Below are positions 50,045 through 58,067 of a stretch of DNA of 64,000 nt, in pieces. The stretch is from Hormiphora californensis (lineage: Eukaryota; Animalia; Ctenophora): assembly GCA_020137815.1 (NCBI GenBank), contig CM035362.1:5146001-5210000 (forward strand), read 5' to 3'. Within the stretch, counting starts at the first letter, position 1. Each line of letters begins with the position of its first letter. The translations under genes were made by a program, and so were the position numbers. The notes under the pieces were generated by a model. The model saw only the letters and a program-made list of their open reading frames with translations. It made no database searches and was not told the DNA's origin.

Positions 50045-53000
50045 ACTCTCACACTCTCGAACTTGATACACAGATCAATTACTACACCTGGTGCACAGCT
50101 GACAGCCAACCGAGGAAAATCATGTGGTGACATCATACATGACCATATTTGGTCAGTCGATGACTAAAGTCACGTGACCGTGTGACCATGTCACATGATA
50201 AACACGTGATCATGTCACATGATATGATAAAAGCACGTGATAAGTCACGTGATGTGACGTCATATGACCATATTTGGGTATGTGATGACGTCATATGCCC
50301 AAATATGGTGTGCCACACTTTTAGGTGGTACAGCGGGGCTATTTTACCTACTACTATCATGTTCATTTAGAAATATTCGTTTGCCTCAATATATCGTTTG
50401 TTTTTGTTGTTTTTGTACATGACAATCTATTTCACAGATTACTCCTGCTGATGGCAAGTTGAGGTGCACCCTCAGTTCCTGTAAACACAAAATTGGTATT
50501 AAGGTGCCACCGCCACCATACACGACCAATGGCAATATTACAAAACCATTCGCTAACATGAGAAAGGCGATCAGAAATCACTTTAGCAGTGACGACCACA
50601 TCAGGAACTGTCAGGCTGCGGTTGCCGTGCCTGCAATCATGTCCAGGTCGAAGCTGGAGATCCTTAAAAAACTGCTGCTGATTGTGTACACCAACATTAA
50701 ACACCGGGTTTCATTCGAGTAAGTTCTTATTACCGTCTCTCAAATTGAAAAAAAAATTCTAACACACATAAACATAGTTAGTTATTATTGTTATTATTAG
50801 CTCTTCCTGCTTAAAACTACCCTCCAATCCTATCAGGCTAGGTATTCCACATGTGATGATAATCGATGTACGGAAACTACGTTACCACAATGTGGATGAT
50901 GGGAATCGATGTAGGGGATCAAGACCTTTCTAAGGAATTTCCCAGAAAGGCACTTCCTATATTCCACGACCAAATCTCCACTGCCGCCAAGAAGAAGCTC
51001 ATCACCATTTGCGGAAGTTTTATTGTACCCTTGGCGGTGATAATCGATGGGGTTACCTCCCACCAGATGTGAGTTGATCAAGCACCATCTTTTGGGCCTA
51101 AAAACAAGAATAACGGTTCTCTGATGATTGAAATATTCTTTCTTATTTAGCAGGCAGCGTGTTGTGGTGGCAGTGCGATATCTTGATCTGGAAGGAGATG
51201 GACCCCTAGTCCGCATTTTGTATGCTGGCCATCCTGTCAACACCAGCCACACAGATGATGCAGCGGTAGTGGTACCATGCCTCCAGAGGATGATACCCGA
51301 TACAACATCCCTGTCCAGGTCTTTGAAATTCTTTATCACTGATGGCCACTTGATAAGTACACGGGTAAGTTTCAATCGTTTTAGACTCAAGATTACAAGC
51401 CTATATATGGAATACTGTATCGTAAGCTTCTAAGCTTTGCTCCTTCATCAAACAGTTTTGCGTTCAGTTTAAGGACGAGATGTGTAGGAAATTGGGTGTA
51501 TCGGTGAATGGCAGGTGCTTCGGTTGGGACTACGGCCATGCAAACCAATCCACCACCAAGGAGGCAATGAACTCGGCGGAGGGGTTGACATTTAAAAGGG
51601 TTGTGGAGGAGTCTTTGGAGATCACATCATTCCTGAGGTAAAGTGCAGTTGTACCCAAAATAGATATTCGTAACTGTAGATCTACTTCAAAACTGATAAT
51701 ACTTTATCAAGCAATTACTTTCTCAGGAAAAATGATGTACATGAGGAAGTCAAAAAAGAAATGAAATTTGTTCATACCGACAGAACCATTGTCCACGATT
51801 TTTATAAGAATTGGAGCACGAATGTCAAGCGTAAGTGTGGGTTAACATATATAATAATGGGTGCTAAGGTCGAAATACTTTGCCCTACTATACGTACAGT
51901 TTGTATTTAATTACAATTCATTTTCAGTGTTGCAGAACCGTGTTTCGGCAGGCACAGACGTGGCCAAGGCCAGGGCATACCTCGCTCTTATGGCATCGGA
52001 TGAGTGGAAGTCGAAGCTGCTGTTCATGAAGGTTATTGTTTGTAAATTTTATAACTCTATGAGACGTGATAATTAGCACTAGCTGAGTCGCTGTTCAGAC
52101 TTCAATTACAGTTCTCTGTATAATTTCTCCCGATCAGGATTTCTTGTCCATGCTCAAGAGATACTCGGTAGCATGGCAGGACAACACAGCGCTCATTGGC
52201 CGGGCGGAGGAAACGAGGAACCAGTTACTTTTTGTTCTGGATAACATCCAGCTGGCTACTCCGTCCGAGGGGACCATGGCGCTCTTCCCCACCTTCCTGG
52301 AGAACAGGTAAACAACCAATCAGAACTCGTTATTTAGGTCACGTGACTGGTTATCAGCCAATCAGGGACCATGGTGCTGTTCCCCATGGAACAGGACAGG
52401 TCCTTGTTAACACAGCAGCAATGTGAGTTACATTTGGTAGTAGTTATAGTTCATATATATATTATATGGGGAGAGCACTAGTACTGTACCTTTTTCTTGA
52501 TGCTGATGCTATATTTGATATATTTGATACATATTTATTTGGGATCGATGGGATAGCCAGTACGGAGTGCCGTAATTTATAATGTGAAGCACCCAATAAT
52601 TTATTATTTTCAGCTCTACCTGGTCTCCTCCACAAGTTCCGGCAAGACAGGCCCAAGAGAGGATGGATAATGTTGTGAACCAGGCCCAGCAGTTCATCAC
52701 TAGATTTAAGACTTGCGTGGAACACACCTGGTTCACACATAGTCTGTGGGGGAAGGATAATCATTTTAGTTCTAGGTACTTGATATATATATAATCATAT
52801 GGTGAGATTCCTATCATAATTCCTAGAATCGATCTTTTGTAAATTGCTATCTCTCTGTTTCTCTGTTTTCCCTCTCTCACATGATATCATTCAGATCCAT
52901 TGAAGAATTAGGGAAATTCCACATGGAGCTCGAGAACGACATTGGGACCCCGATTGTGGACGTTGCTGCCGGACCACTTTCCAGATGCAGCACCTGTAAC

Positions 53001-53863
53001 CGGGTAGTAGAAGGCCAGTTAAAGAGGGAGAAACATGCCAAATCTCATCAGCCTTCCTCCACCATGGCGCCGGTACCCAGTGTTGCGGCTACATGGACGA
53101 GGCCTACAACACCGCCCGATTTGAGTCAGCTGAAACTTCTGTCGACCTACCCACTCCAGGTTAGTTAAATGAAACTAAGGCTTTCCTGATCACGCACAAT
53201 TTAAATTTCAAACATTTCAAAATCTAACTTATCAGGTCAACCAACTGAACATGAATGTTCTAAGAACGACGCTGAAGAGGGTTGCATCAGCTAAGGGAAC
53301 AACCGACCTCGGCACTGCCATTAAGGCATTCCTTCAAGACCAAACAGCTGTTGCTACGGTCCATCCTGGCTGCCTGGAAGTCCTGCTGGTGTCCTGTTCC
53401 ATTGGGGGGTCTGAGTCAATAGCTGAGACAATAGGTGGTGACCTGGAATGGTACCATCAGAACCGATACTTCAACTTTGGAGATGGTGTTAAAGACGAGA
53501 TGTACGTATCTTAACTAATAACAGTATATTTTGTGCGGTCAGAGAAATTGGATTTACTTTTTTCAGGAAGTACATATCTTTCTTTGACAGAAAATATTCC
53601 ATACATTGAACATGTTCAATTGTTTCAGGTTACAGAAAGAGATATTCATCAGACGAAACGGGCCACCTATCGTCCATTCCCAAGATCTAATAGACAAGGT
53701 GGCCAGAAAGATGCTGAGCGATGGAACCACTAGAGTCGCCACTACAGCCTACCTGATCCCGAACACAAATGGTACACCACACTCGGTCTATCAAAACACT
53801 TTGAGAAAGGGGAAAGTAGTTGAAAAGAAACTGAAGGAGCCTGCCAGTGCATTTAAATTTTAA
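32117..53863 (+). CDS. Chimeric gene: ZF-family N-terminal exon fused to a multi-exon hAT-type transposase. Exons 32117-32509, 32680-32790, 50438-50718, ~50865-51068, 51151-51364, 51468-51637, 51727-51830, 51928-52031, 52138-52307, 52366-52422, 52614-52775, 52895-53159, 53236-53501, 53629-53863
   Basis: Phase-consistent GT-AG junctions except a missing acceptor at ~50865. hAT motifs: C-x4-C..H-x5-H finger, IIDG, VRY, ITDG, WDYGH (DxxH), D..S..WQ, SESIAET, IRRNGP. Confidence 0.75.
32804..32912. mobile_element. 109-bp hAT-type MITE (CAGGAACCGACC family)
   Basis: TIRs plus 8-bp TSD TTTGTCAT (32796-32803, 32913-32920). Confidence 0.9.
32925..33551 (+). repeat. Maverick left TIR
   Basis: Reverse complement of 49727-50355; dense TGACGTCA and CACGTG motifs. 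Confidence 0.95.
33661..34464 (-). CDS. Minor capsid (penton-like) protein 1
   Basis: L.LNGDYEVAVKSI, IPPGYY, YIYSNIV, F.NP.Y..V and VLHFRK motifs typical of Maverick pentons. Confidence 0.8.
   Translation of the reverse strand: MQVVVIIMYLIATSYKQNPSKFIFRSENALDLNGDYEVAVKSISHAPSSTFNVTKGNNHFLVSEREQDYESRDYSIPPGYYRNGAQLLLAMQKAISSEEKENLVNGSDHWPIPEYFADETTHVCTLEYRHSTKGFATSENSVLRFFKTYMENSPFHLLPPKISGKIEDFPRHAKLGYIYSNIVPHAYTDYRQINEHDSRFFAMFPFEQKLGYNHYEFVNPSYFKVRFVNLSEIQFVICDNMNKLFEFSEDDSRDFPTSMVLHFRKVI
34967..39120 (+). CDS. Protein-primed DNA polymerase B, 4 exons: 34967-37518, 37625-37927, 38035-38206, 38287-39120 (1286 aa spliced)
   Basis: Exo motifs DFEC and HNLKGYD; endonuclease-VII-like CHICG..RDHDH..GAACNICN insert. 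Splicing restores DCNNLYG and FFKLMNNCVYGK; SDTDS catalytic motif. Confidence 0.95.
39223..39305 (-). pseudogene. Relic 3' end of a third penton-like gene
   Basis: NDFPTVIVLHFREKY* resembles the penton-1 end RDFPTSMVLHFRKVI*; truncated upstream by a GA microsatellite. Confidence 0.55.
39441..39549 (+). ncRNA. tRNA-Leu-derived Pol III small RNA with a long terminal stem (VA-RNA-like)
   Basis: TATAAG at -30; TAGC A-box start at +8; B box GGTTCGAATCC 39506-39516; TTTT terminator 39546-39549; 15-bp terminal stem with G-U pairs plus internal stems. Confidence 0.75.
39594..40280 (+). pseudogene. Putative type I membrane glycoprotein (182 aa once the MITE is removed)
   Basis: Deleting 39767-39902 plus one AA fuses ORFs 39594 and 39912 in frame. 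Hydrophobic N-terminus, four N-x-S/T sequons, TM segment IILYCLPVIVIFTLIIGG. Confidence 0.7.
39767..39902. mobile_element. 136-bp palindromic MITE (CCC...GGG ends, 2-bp AA TSD)
   Basis: CCCTACTAAAATATAGTTCGACGCG...CGCGTCGAACTATATTTTAGTAGGG with a CGATCGAT core. Confidence 0.85.
40313..40510 (+). CDS. Small Cys/His protein (Maverick accessory)
   Basis: ATG-initiated ORF with CxxC..C..H; preceded by a TATA box. Confidence 0.5.
   Translation: MNTYSLLDYFAGGSNSDSRLFCSKCTILKRCWRHNVVELPHHKYQPLKWERIPLRKLKNIRRTTI
40547..40981 (+). CDS. Hypothetical Maverick accessory protein
   Basis: 144-aa ORF preceded by a TATA box; C-terminal CDCEMC. Confidence 0.6.
   Translation: MVAIDNTEFYDDVWGKIGSLIRSYGNVLSYEATYSLTHDSFRFPVTLPDQIAPIIAGIDRGYNGNPVRIEIGYFWENEGDNRRGLGTHPHLLTVADIVQKDIVRMIKPSRTISVISLAFIRVLVFKLDEVDEDYDICDCEMCSI
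41039..41344 (+). CDS. Small accessory protein with a putative N-myristoylation/palmitoylation motif
   Basis: Starts MGLCWS (MGxCxS); C-terminal CDCGRDC. Confidence 0.55.
   Translation: MGLCWSTKPSFDEDAWESLSPTKIPFADEFIEKQEVITRVREANQKMLAWEIPEEKCQHVKFQHDFHHFYPPVYDQYSPISVKSFDPADIECDCGRDCGHS
41369..41815 (-). CDS. Adenain-like maturation cysteine protease
   Basis: GEHWIAV, FMDSYG and Q...SNACGYY catalytic motifs. Confidence 0.92.
   Translation of the reverse strand: MKSLTTKTFDDIKTNHFKGAFAYDEVSDLPDGDWSIIVNTSPSSKPGEHWIAVVYKGGITYFMDSYGRKLNRNETTFTHEFVDTMKGIVQGRVIYNNKILQQLTSNACGYYALYFVERLSIESLKQTLQPFSGNLKQNDMFVYKYCLS
41841..43136 (-). CDS. Major capsid protein (double jelly-roll)
   Basis: 431 aa next to the protease; PTQTGI, ISFTVP, NPF and FDLT.D motifs typical of Maverick MCP. 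Confidence 0.88.
   Translation of the reverse strand: MTKYVKSSEGLPTQLHLWSPMSTQTGIIATKQIDVYPNNSIDSSDTISFTVPGLERHMLDSIDVYTEMRVLSGDGTVPADRVNVSTAPHLGAILWRNVEVSSGGVSLTQSYDNSYAMFKFWDDCIHHGRGERPYLLRKEGLLLDDVGDKTESEDTTYYPEDTKIEPKNKNGRIRAQRIARGETMFLCSKLNVTLFNQATLLPSDLEFQVQLTKNYDETILMSATTDTSKVKLDRVFLRCTYQQPRDDVINLLEQKLAKRNAIYHADKKVMSIHSIATSVVTIDNLFNGTLPYFFYVGIQDRSAFGRNRNKNPFSLHMVKSVQLYVNGVEYYPQMLKMTDHDETNMVVALGEATGARKDNFIMHHFRVYPALGFDLTQDKTQNQHGMNLNKSGNVRIVLELLKQSTTDKVLFTLAYYDRIIEVDKNRQLYAI
43181..43492 (-). CDS. Small virion core / membrane-active protein
   Basis: Protease-type site QRGG/G followed by amphipathic helix IGGFLKKLFRSV; basic C-terminus. Confidence 0.7.
   Translation of the reverse strand: MRQLYYPSPRATADFDRALDADLGVYHNQRGGGIGGFLKKLFRSVAPIGKTFLQKGFEIAKPGLQTAGNELVNAAGQYAARQIETGTNKLTKKIGKRKRDALS
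43554..44258 (-). CDS. Minor capsid (penton-like) protein 2
   Basis: ISLSDNFEIAVKGI, IVPGFY, FLYSSVV and NPMYRP motifs; paralog of 33661-34464. Confidence 0.8.
   Translation of the reverse strand: MDIIVTSENQRRSSFSSNFLDSISLSDNFEIAVKGIFHGPTYNITESNNTFRLFEVDATEELNIVPGFYANTCEIVKAMHDVCLRNEIDSSFKVPDPGKVVLKLPKPTKLITGGEHDTLMRIFGFCNYDDESKLVYLNQLNIDNYVLENQSEVAFLYSSVVANMSINQQQSHLLACFPIKSKEGYNYHEVINPMYRPLSVHAFTDLHFRFTDIEGKLFKFAILPTVIILNIQKR
44218..44430 (-). CDS. Small basic protein
   Basis: K/R-rich 70-aa ORF overlapping its neighbours in the morphogenesis block. Confidence 0.5.
   Translation of the reverse strand: MRYRLIAEDGSVKKSLDIPTEILPIKRTLGVVLKSKLGKSKKRRSTKHLKSTKALINNGYNRNKRKSKTK
44427..44738 (-). 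CDS. Small virion protein with a QKGG cleavage-type site and hydrophobic tail
   Basis: NQKGG/SIIRSILQTILPILPALL; conserved position downstream of the ATPase. Confidence 0.7.
   Translation of the reverse strand: MPKHIPVILKRHHSVMKLLSRKNNAQIQIVLENTPSLRKALKLLFKSILDGRLSMGEREIKKLKRHRSFIRKHARAPIKANQKGGSIIRSILQTILPILPALL
44717..45346 (-). CDS. A32/FtsK-like packaging ATPase (likely ATG at 45319)
   Basis: Walker A GASGSGKT; Walker B LLILDD; GSHH motif. Confidence 0.93.
   Translation of the reverse strand: MIVLFYKLIMRLLANSNILVIGASGSGKTTTIMKIVREELISPMPKKIYYLYAAHQPFMDTWNSENKQKIEFVHGLKLDVIDQFDGPKLLILDDLMLELNKEMAQHFIAGSHHKQTTTIFVTHSVFLNNENYRLISQNTQYMILFKNKRNLSQINTLARQILGKDNWRLMEAYKYIGAYQFVLLSFHPRVPEELLVTTDYFTSCPNIFL
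45356..46591 (-). CDS. Retroviral-like (rve) integrase with a C-terminal chromodomain
   Basis: FQADLVD, TDGGGEF and IERCNRT (DDE); chromo motif YFVSFKDYPESENRWV. Confidence 0.95.
   Translation of the reverse strand: MSYLLTNQIHGIINKYHFLNFQTRFVAPVIKGRKHNPRCIIHTFIDMMRKRKSRRKQKPKDKIQKLYINPVSHGAFAGKESFYRSTKEKIKGLKRSVVQKALLKSDPYTLHKPVRKPRRYRRIYSRGINYHFQADLVDMSAYSKQNNGFKWILMVIDTFSKRLWAFKLKNKSAKSVYDELESLLTRLKPQKFETDGGGEFKNKVLIDLFNRLNIDTYTVYSDRKCAIIERCNRTIKSKLYRAFTSQGSHRWVDILENLIRNYNNSYHRAIKMKPNQVNKSNENEVRENLYPNEPPRPRPKLQVGDTVRVSRMKDIFQKGYEQTWSYEVFTVDEVRDTNPVTYRLQDSSGEILQGSFYEAEVQKVDVDNQIYAIDKVLKTRKHRGHEQYFVSFKDYPESENRWVDKSDMFDI
46634..47032 (+). CDS. Hypothetical protein with a Cys/His cluster and C-terminal NLS
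   Basis: 132-aa ORF after CTATAAAA; C..C..H..HHC; KKRKLK. Confidence 0.6.
   Translation: MLYFENVWIAALTDSMVRRVCNISEKLCPAHKAGLKSPILHHCQQDSLLDKIGKHFHTAQGELLRNLEKEYEVISSKLPKSDSPEDDKKCYISCGRSFLLTVTPEALYYGRYMSEDSDKLIYTKTSKKRKLK
47712..48587 (+). CDS. Spliced 3-exon gene (47712-47773, 48121-48244, 48423-48587), 116 aa, SSB/OB-fold-like with acidic tail and NLS
   Basis: GTAAGT/GTAAGA donors, polypyrimidine-CAG acceptors and an open frame across both junctions; TATA at ~47632. Confidence 0.65.
48623..48871. mobile_element. hAT-type MITE inside the Maverick
   Basis: TIR CAGGCATGTAGGGGAAG/CTTCCCCTACATGCGTG; 8-bp TSD GGTGTGTT (48615-48622, 48872-48879). Confidence 0.85.
49227..49917 (-). CDS. TIR-initiated Ser/Pro-rich protein, frameshifted at a (TC)9 tract
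   Basis: ORFs 49708-49917 and 49227-49775 join in frame if the tract is (TC)7, as in the left TIR. Confidence 0.45.
49727..50355 (-). repeat. Maverick right TIR
   Basis: Inverted copy of 32925-33551; I see one substitution plus microsatellite differences. Confidence 0.95.
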
Positions 53864-54016
53864 TTTTTTATGTGTGCGTCTGTGTGTGAGAGAGTGCGTG
53901 TCTGTGTGTGAGAGAGTGCGTGTCTGTGTGTGAGAGAGTGTTCGTCTTCGTGCGAGAGAGTGCGTGTACATGCCTGCGTATTTACCAGGTAGCTCGGTTT
54001 TTATTAAATTTTATCT

Positions 54017-54699
54017 GTTTATGAAACCCGATAGTTGATTTATCAGTCGTTTGAACATTTTACGCGCACACGTTAACTGCGAGATGGGGGATTTAACACC
54101 CTGCTCGCTCTTTATCAGACCAGTGCCCATTTTCACGCGTTTCTCTTCATTTCCATAACATGCGTGTAATTTCCAAGTAATGAAAATGTGTGTAAACACA
54201 CAGTTCTGTCAATAACAGAGGGGGAACACATCTGCAAACACTTTTCAATGTATCTCTCTCATCAAGAGCAACAATAGTCGCATTCCATTCGTTTCTCTCT
54301 CTCATTCTCTCTTTTACTGTTCAATATCTCTCACTGTGTGTTTTGCCCCTAATCTTTTCTCTCTCTTTCTCAAACATGTTAGGAACAGTAGACACTAAGT
54401 CTACACACATTTGAGAGTGTCTGTTGACTATTTGCCAGTAGTCCTTGTGTGTTACCCCTTGTGTTGTGTCTCTTATTTGTGTAATTACTATCGGGTTTCA
54501 TAAACTATGAACGTTTGTTAGCCTATCGCGTTATAGGTTTAAATCACCCCCCCTCACCCTCGGCTGGCGCCTCGGGATCGGCGTCGGGATTTAAACCAGT
54601 TTAATCGCCCTGCCGGGCGATTAAACTCCAGTTGCTGTCCCCAGCTCGCGCTGGGAACAGCCAACTTGATAACGCGCCAGTCTACAAACGTTCATAGTT
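54017..54699. mobile_element. Small non-autonomous element with an internal complementary region and multi-hairpin end (tyrosine-recombinase-type?)
   Basis: 54487-54518 is the exact reverse complement of the end+start junction, sharing GTT. Confidence 0.6.
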
Positions 54700-54983
54700 C
54701 ATGTAATTTATTTTATAACCCTGGGACAATAAAAGAATCAGTGATGATGATAAAAATCCTTCAAAATATATGACCTCCATAGATTGTTTGTTTATCTTAG
54801 TTCTGACTACCTTATTACTCCAATGAAGCGAATCTCAAATCAACTATCGAGCATCAATGGAAACCCCCTATCCTGGCCTCTCTTTCTTCCAAATTCCCCC
54901 TTCCAGATTTGACTAAACATTACTCTTTTAACTTGTTTACCGATTCGTAAAATCTAAACTTTCTCTATTCTATGCAGGATATA

Positions 54984-56072
54984 ATGGCAAAAAGTAAACC
55001 TGACCGACCAAGAGCTGGTAGTTCAGAAAGTCCCGCCACGACAGCCGATGGAAAATTTGAAATTCCTCCCCTTCTGAAAACTGAACCAATATACGTGGAA
55101 ACTCCCTGTCCAGTATTCAAGATTCAAACAATACCAGAGGTAGATGAGAACGATATTTTATTCAAATGTGATGGATGTGGAAAACAAGGGAGTTGCCTTC
55201 TGGAATCAGGGTATAGACTTGTTAAAACCGCCATTTTGGTAGAAGTTGGAACTCAAACTGGGTGCGATGAAATTACAGTGGATCCTGTAAAGATGGAAAT
55301 TACTGATCCTCTTTACCACGACTCAATTCCTAGCACATCAGCTGCTTTACCACTAATTGGTGAGTTTTGGAATGTCTTTTTTTCATTGTGTTTTTTAGGT
55401 AGATATCCTCAATGTTAAATTCTAAATTATCTTATTTTTTCAGATGATTTGAATACAAGTTTGTGCTCAGATGAAGGAGAATCTGGTGGTGAGGAAGAGG
55501 TAAGCAGCTCTGAAGATGACATGATGTTGGGACTAAAAGAGGAGACACTCGGAGATTATAGTGAAATAGAAGAAGGAGTTCTGCAGAGTTCTTCCCGGAT
55601 TCCCACCTCTGATCCAAATATCCCTATTTCCCAGTCACAAATTCTACCTCGACAAACTGACCATGACCAACCGACTACTTCCTATCCTGATTTTTGTCAG
55701 ACATCTGCCAGGAATAACGCTGATCCAATAAATAAGCCTCTACTTTCTTTCCTGTATGGGTCTCCATATAATCAATCAGGTCCGGAAGAGTCGTATTCTC
55801 CTCAAACTGTGAGCAATCGAACCTCGCTGGCAATAGATTCTCCTGAAGAAAGTGGGCCGAACGCTCGTTACCACTGTCAAATTATGCGGTGCTCAGTTGT
55901 TACATCATCGGAGAAGGACCTGTTCGAGCATGTTAGAATTGCTCACTCAGATAGGAAATACCGTTGCGATTCTTGTCCAAAGGCGTTTATGTATCTAAGT
56001 GAGCTTACTAAGCACAGCATGATGGTCCATAGTGGAGATAAACCTTTCCAATGTGACGAGTGTGGATGAATT
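54984..56072 (+). CDS. Divergent C2H2 ZF copy 6 (exons ~54984-55359, 55444 to the gap), truncated by an N gap
   Basis: Same N-terminal domain (FKCDGCG, YRLVKT, VEVGTQT), acidic linker and first fingers. Confidence 0.75.
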
Positions 56073-56172
56073 NNNNNNNNNNNNNNNNNNNNNNNNNNNN
56101 NNNNNNNNNNNNNNNNNNNNNNNNNNNNNNNNNNNNNNNNNNNNNNNNNNNNNNNNNNNNNNNNNNNNNNNN
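56073..56172. other. Assembly gap (100 N)
   Basis: Run of n. Confidence 1.
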
Positions 56173-56395
56173 AGTTACCTGAGTCAGTTATCTAGTCTGT
56201 TTTTTCTTACCGATTATGTGGGCCGTTGTTTTTTTTCTTTACCATTTTTTGTGCAATATTAAGGATTAGTCGGCAGGTATATTCAAGTATGTTAACCGTT
56301 CAGATCATCCTTCAGTGACAGCAACAGTTCTACTGCTCTGTCCCTGTCGGATATGGGCGGAATACAAACATAGTTATTATTATTATTATTATTAT
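56173..56395 (+). mobile_element. 3' end of a related LINE
   Basis: GGATATGGGCGGAATA motif plus (TTA)n tail, as at 58020-58067. Confidence 0.65.
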
Positions 56396-56419
56396 GAGAC
56401 TTGAATATTAAACGTGGCC

Positions 56420-56505
56420 ACACATTATGAACACATTATGAACACATTATGAACACATTATGAACACATTATGAACACATTATGAACACACATTATTATG
56501 AACAT
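56420..56505 (+). repeat. 11-bp tandem repeat (ACACATTATGA)
   Basis: Direct inspection. Confidence 0.85.
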
Positions 56506-56509
56506 TTTC

Positions 56510-58067
56510 AATATACTGGACATGAGTGCTGCATTCGACACCGTTGACCACACCAAGCTGGTCCAAGTGTTGAATAGTCGGTTTGGAATCTGTGGAGCAG
56601 CGCTCAATTGGTTCGAGAGCTACCTTGGAAGCAGAAGCTACAGAGTTAACGTTCGAGGAAAACTCTCTGGAATTGTCAAGCTAGTATGTGGTGTCCCACA
56701 GGGTTCTCTGTTGGGACCTGTCTTGTTCCTGCTGTATGTGGAGGAACTCCAAGACCTTGTTGAACAGTATGGGCTGAGGATAAAACTATATGCTGATGAC
56801 TCACAGTTATATATGAGTCTGGTTCCTCATGATGATGAAGGATGGCTAGCAGTGAAAGGTAATGCTGAGGATTGTTTGAAGGAGGTGAAGGATTGGATGG
56901 TGAAGCACTGGCTGAGGTGTAATGAGGCCAAAACGGAGCTATTGTTACTTGGAAAGAGTGGAGCTCTAGAGAAGCTAGCCTATGAACCCTCAATTGTTTT
57001 TGGAGGCACGGAAATCTTTCCAGTGGATTTTAAAGGAACTACAGGTAAAACCCTTGGCGTCTACCTTGACAGCCAACTCACTATGGAACGACAGGTTAAC
57101 AGTGTCAAGAGACAGTGTGGTATGATCCTGAGGAACCTTTGGCAGATCAATCGATGTTTGGACCAGTCTATGAAGATCCTCCTTGTCAAACAGTTAGTTA
57201 TTTCGAGGTTGGACTACTGTAACATACTGTATTGTGGACTCCCGAAGAAACACATCAACAGCCTACAGAAAACACTCAACTCTTGTGTTCGGTTCGTCTA
57301 TGGTCTACACGGACATCAAGATGATTATGCTCCCTACCTGAAGGAAATGCATGTCCTTCCTATTGAACAGAGGATTGTGTTCAAGGCATGTCTTACAGCT
57401 TATAAGGTCGTTCATCGAACTGCTCCAGATTATCTAACCGACAAAGTGCCAGCGTGTGAGGGTGTGGATAGCTTGCGTTTTACCAGAGCCAATGCTGTTC
57501 CGGATGAGTTCAGGCTCCAGTACCCGAAACTCTCAAGTGTCAACGCTAATTCTAAATTGAGGAGAAGGCGACCTTCTGTATTTCTACCCAGTCTGTGGAA
57601 CGAACTTCCTTTGGACATCAGATCTCTTCTGTCTGTTGATTCCTTCAAGACAAGACTTAAGACCCGACTCTTCATTGAGGCTTATGGCGTAAGTACTTCC
57701 TGAAGGCTTGTATCAGTTTTTTATCTCCAGTGTGTTTGGAACAGTTGTATCGGTTTTTATTTTAAGCATTTTTTGAGGGTTTGAAGCATGAGTGGACAGA
57801 GTGTGAAGCAGTGTGAATTTTGTTTACCAAGGATTCTTTTTGGACAGTTTATCATTATATGTCAGTTATTTTCTTCAGTTTTTTCCCACGATATGTGAGC
57901 CGTTGTAAGTCAGTTATATTCCATTATGGTCTTGATAGAGTAAATTTTTCCCTAGCTTTGTATCCCGCTCTGATTGTCTTTCAGTGGCAGTAGTTATCTC
58001 TTGATCTGTTGCCCCTGGAGGATATGGGCGGAATATAAGCACGTCTATTATTATTATTATTATTATA
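56510..58067 (+). mobile_element. 5'-truncated CR1/L2-type LINE; RT C-terminal ORF to 57703
   Basis: LDMSAAFDTVDH, GVPQGSLLGP, YADD and SRLDYCN motifs; 3' UTR ending in (ATT)n. Confidence 0.92.

Larger units (their letters stand above)
32925..50355. mobile_element. Complete Maverick/Polinton (adintovirus-like) endogenous element, 17.4 kb
   Basis: AGTAGT...ACTACT termini; ~630-bp TIRs; 6-bp TSD ATCATG (32919-32924, 50356-50361); pPolB, rve integrase, ATPase, MCP, pentons and protease. Confidence 0.97.
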
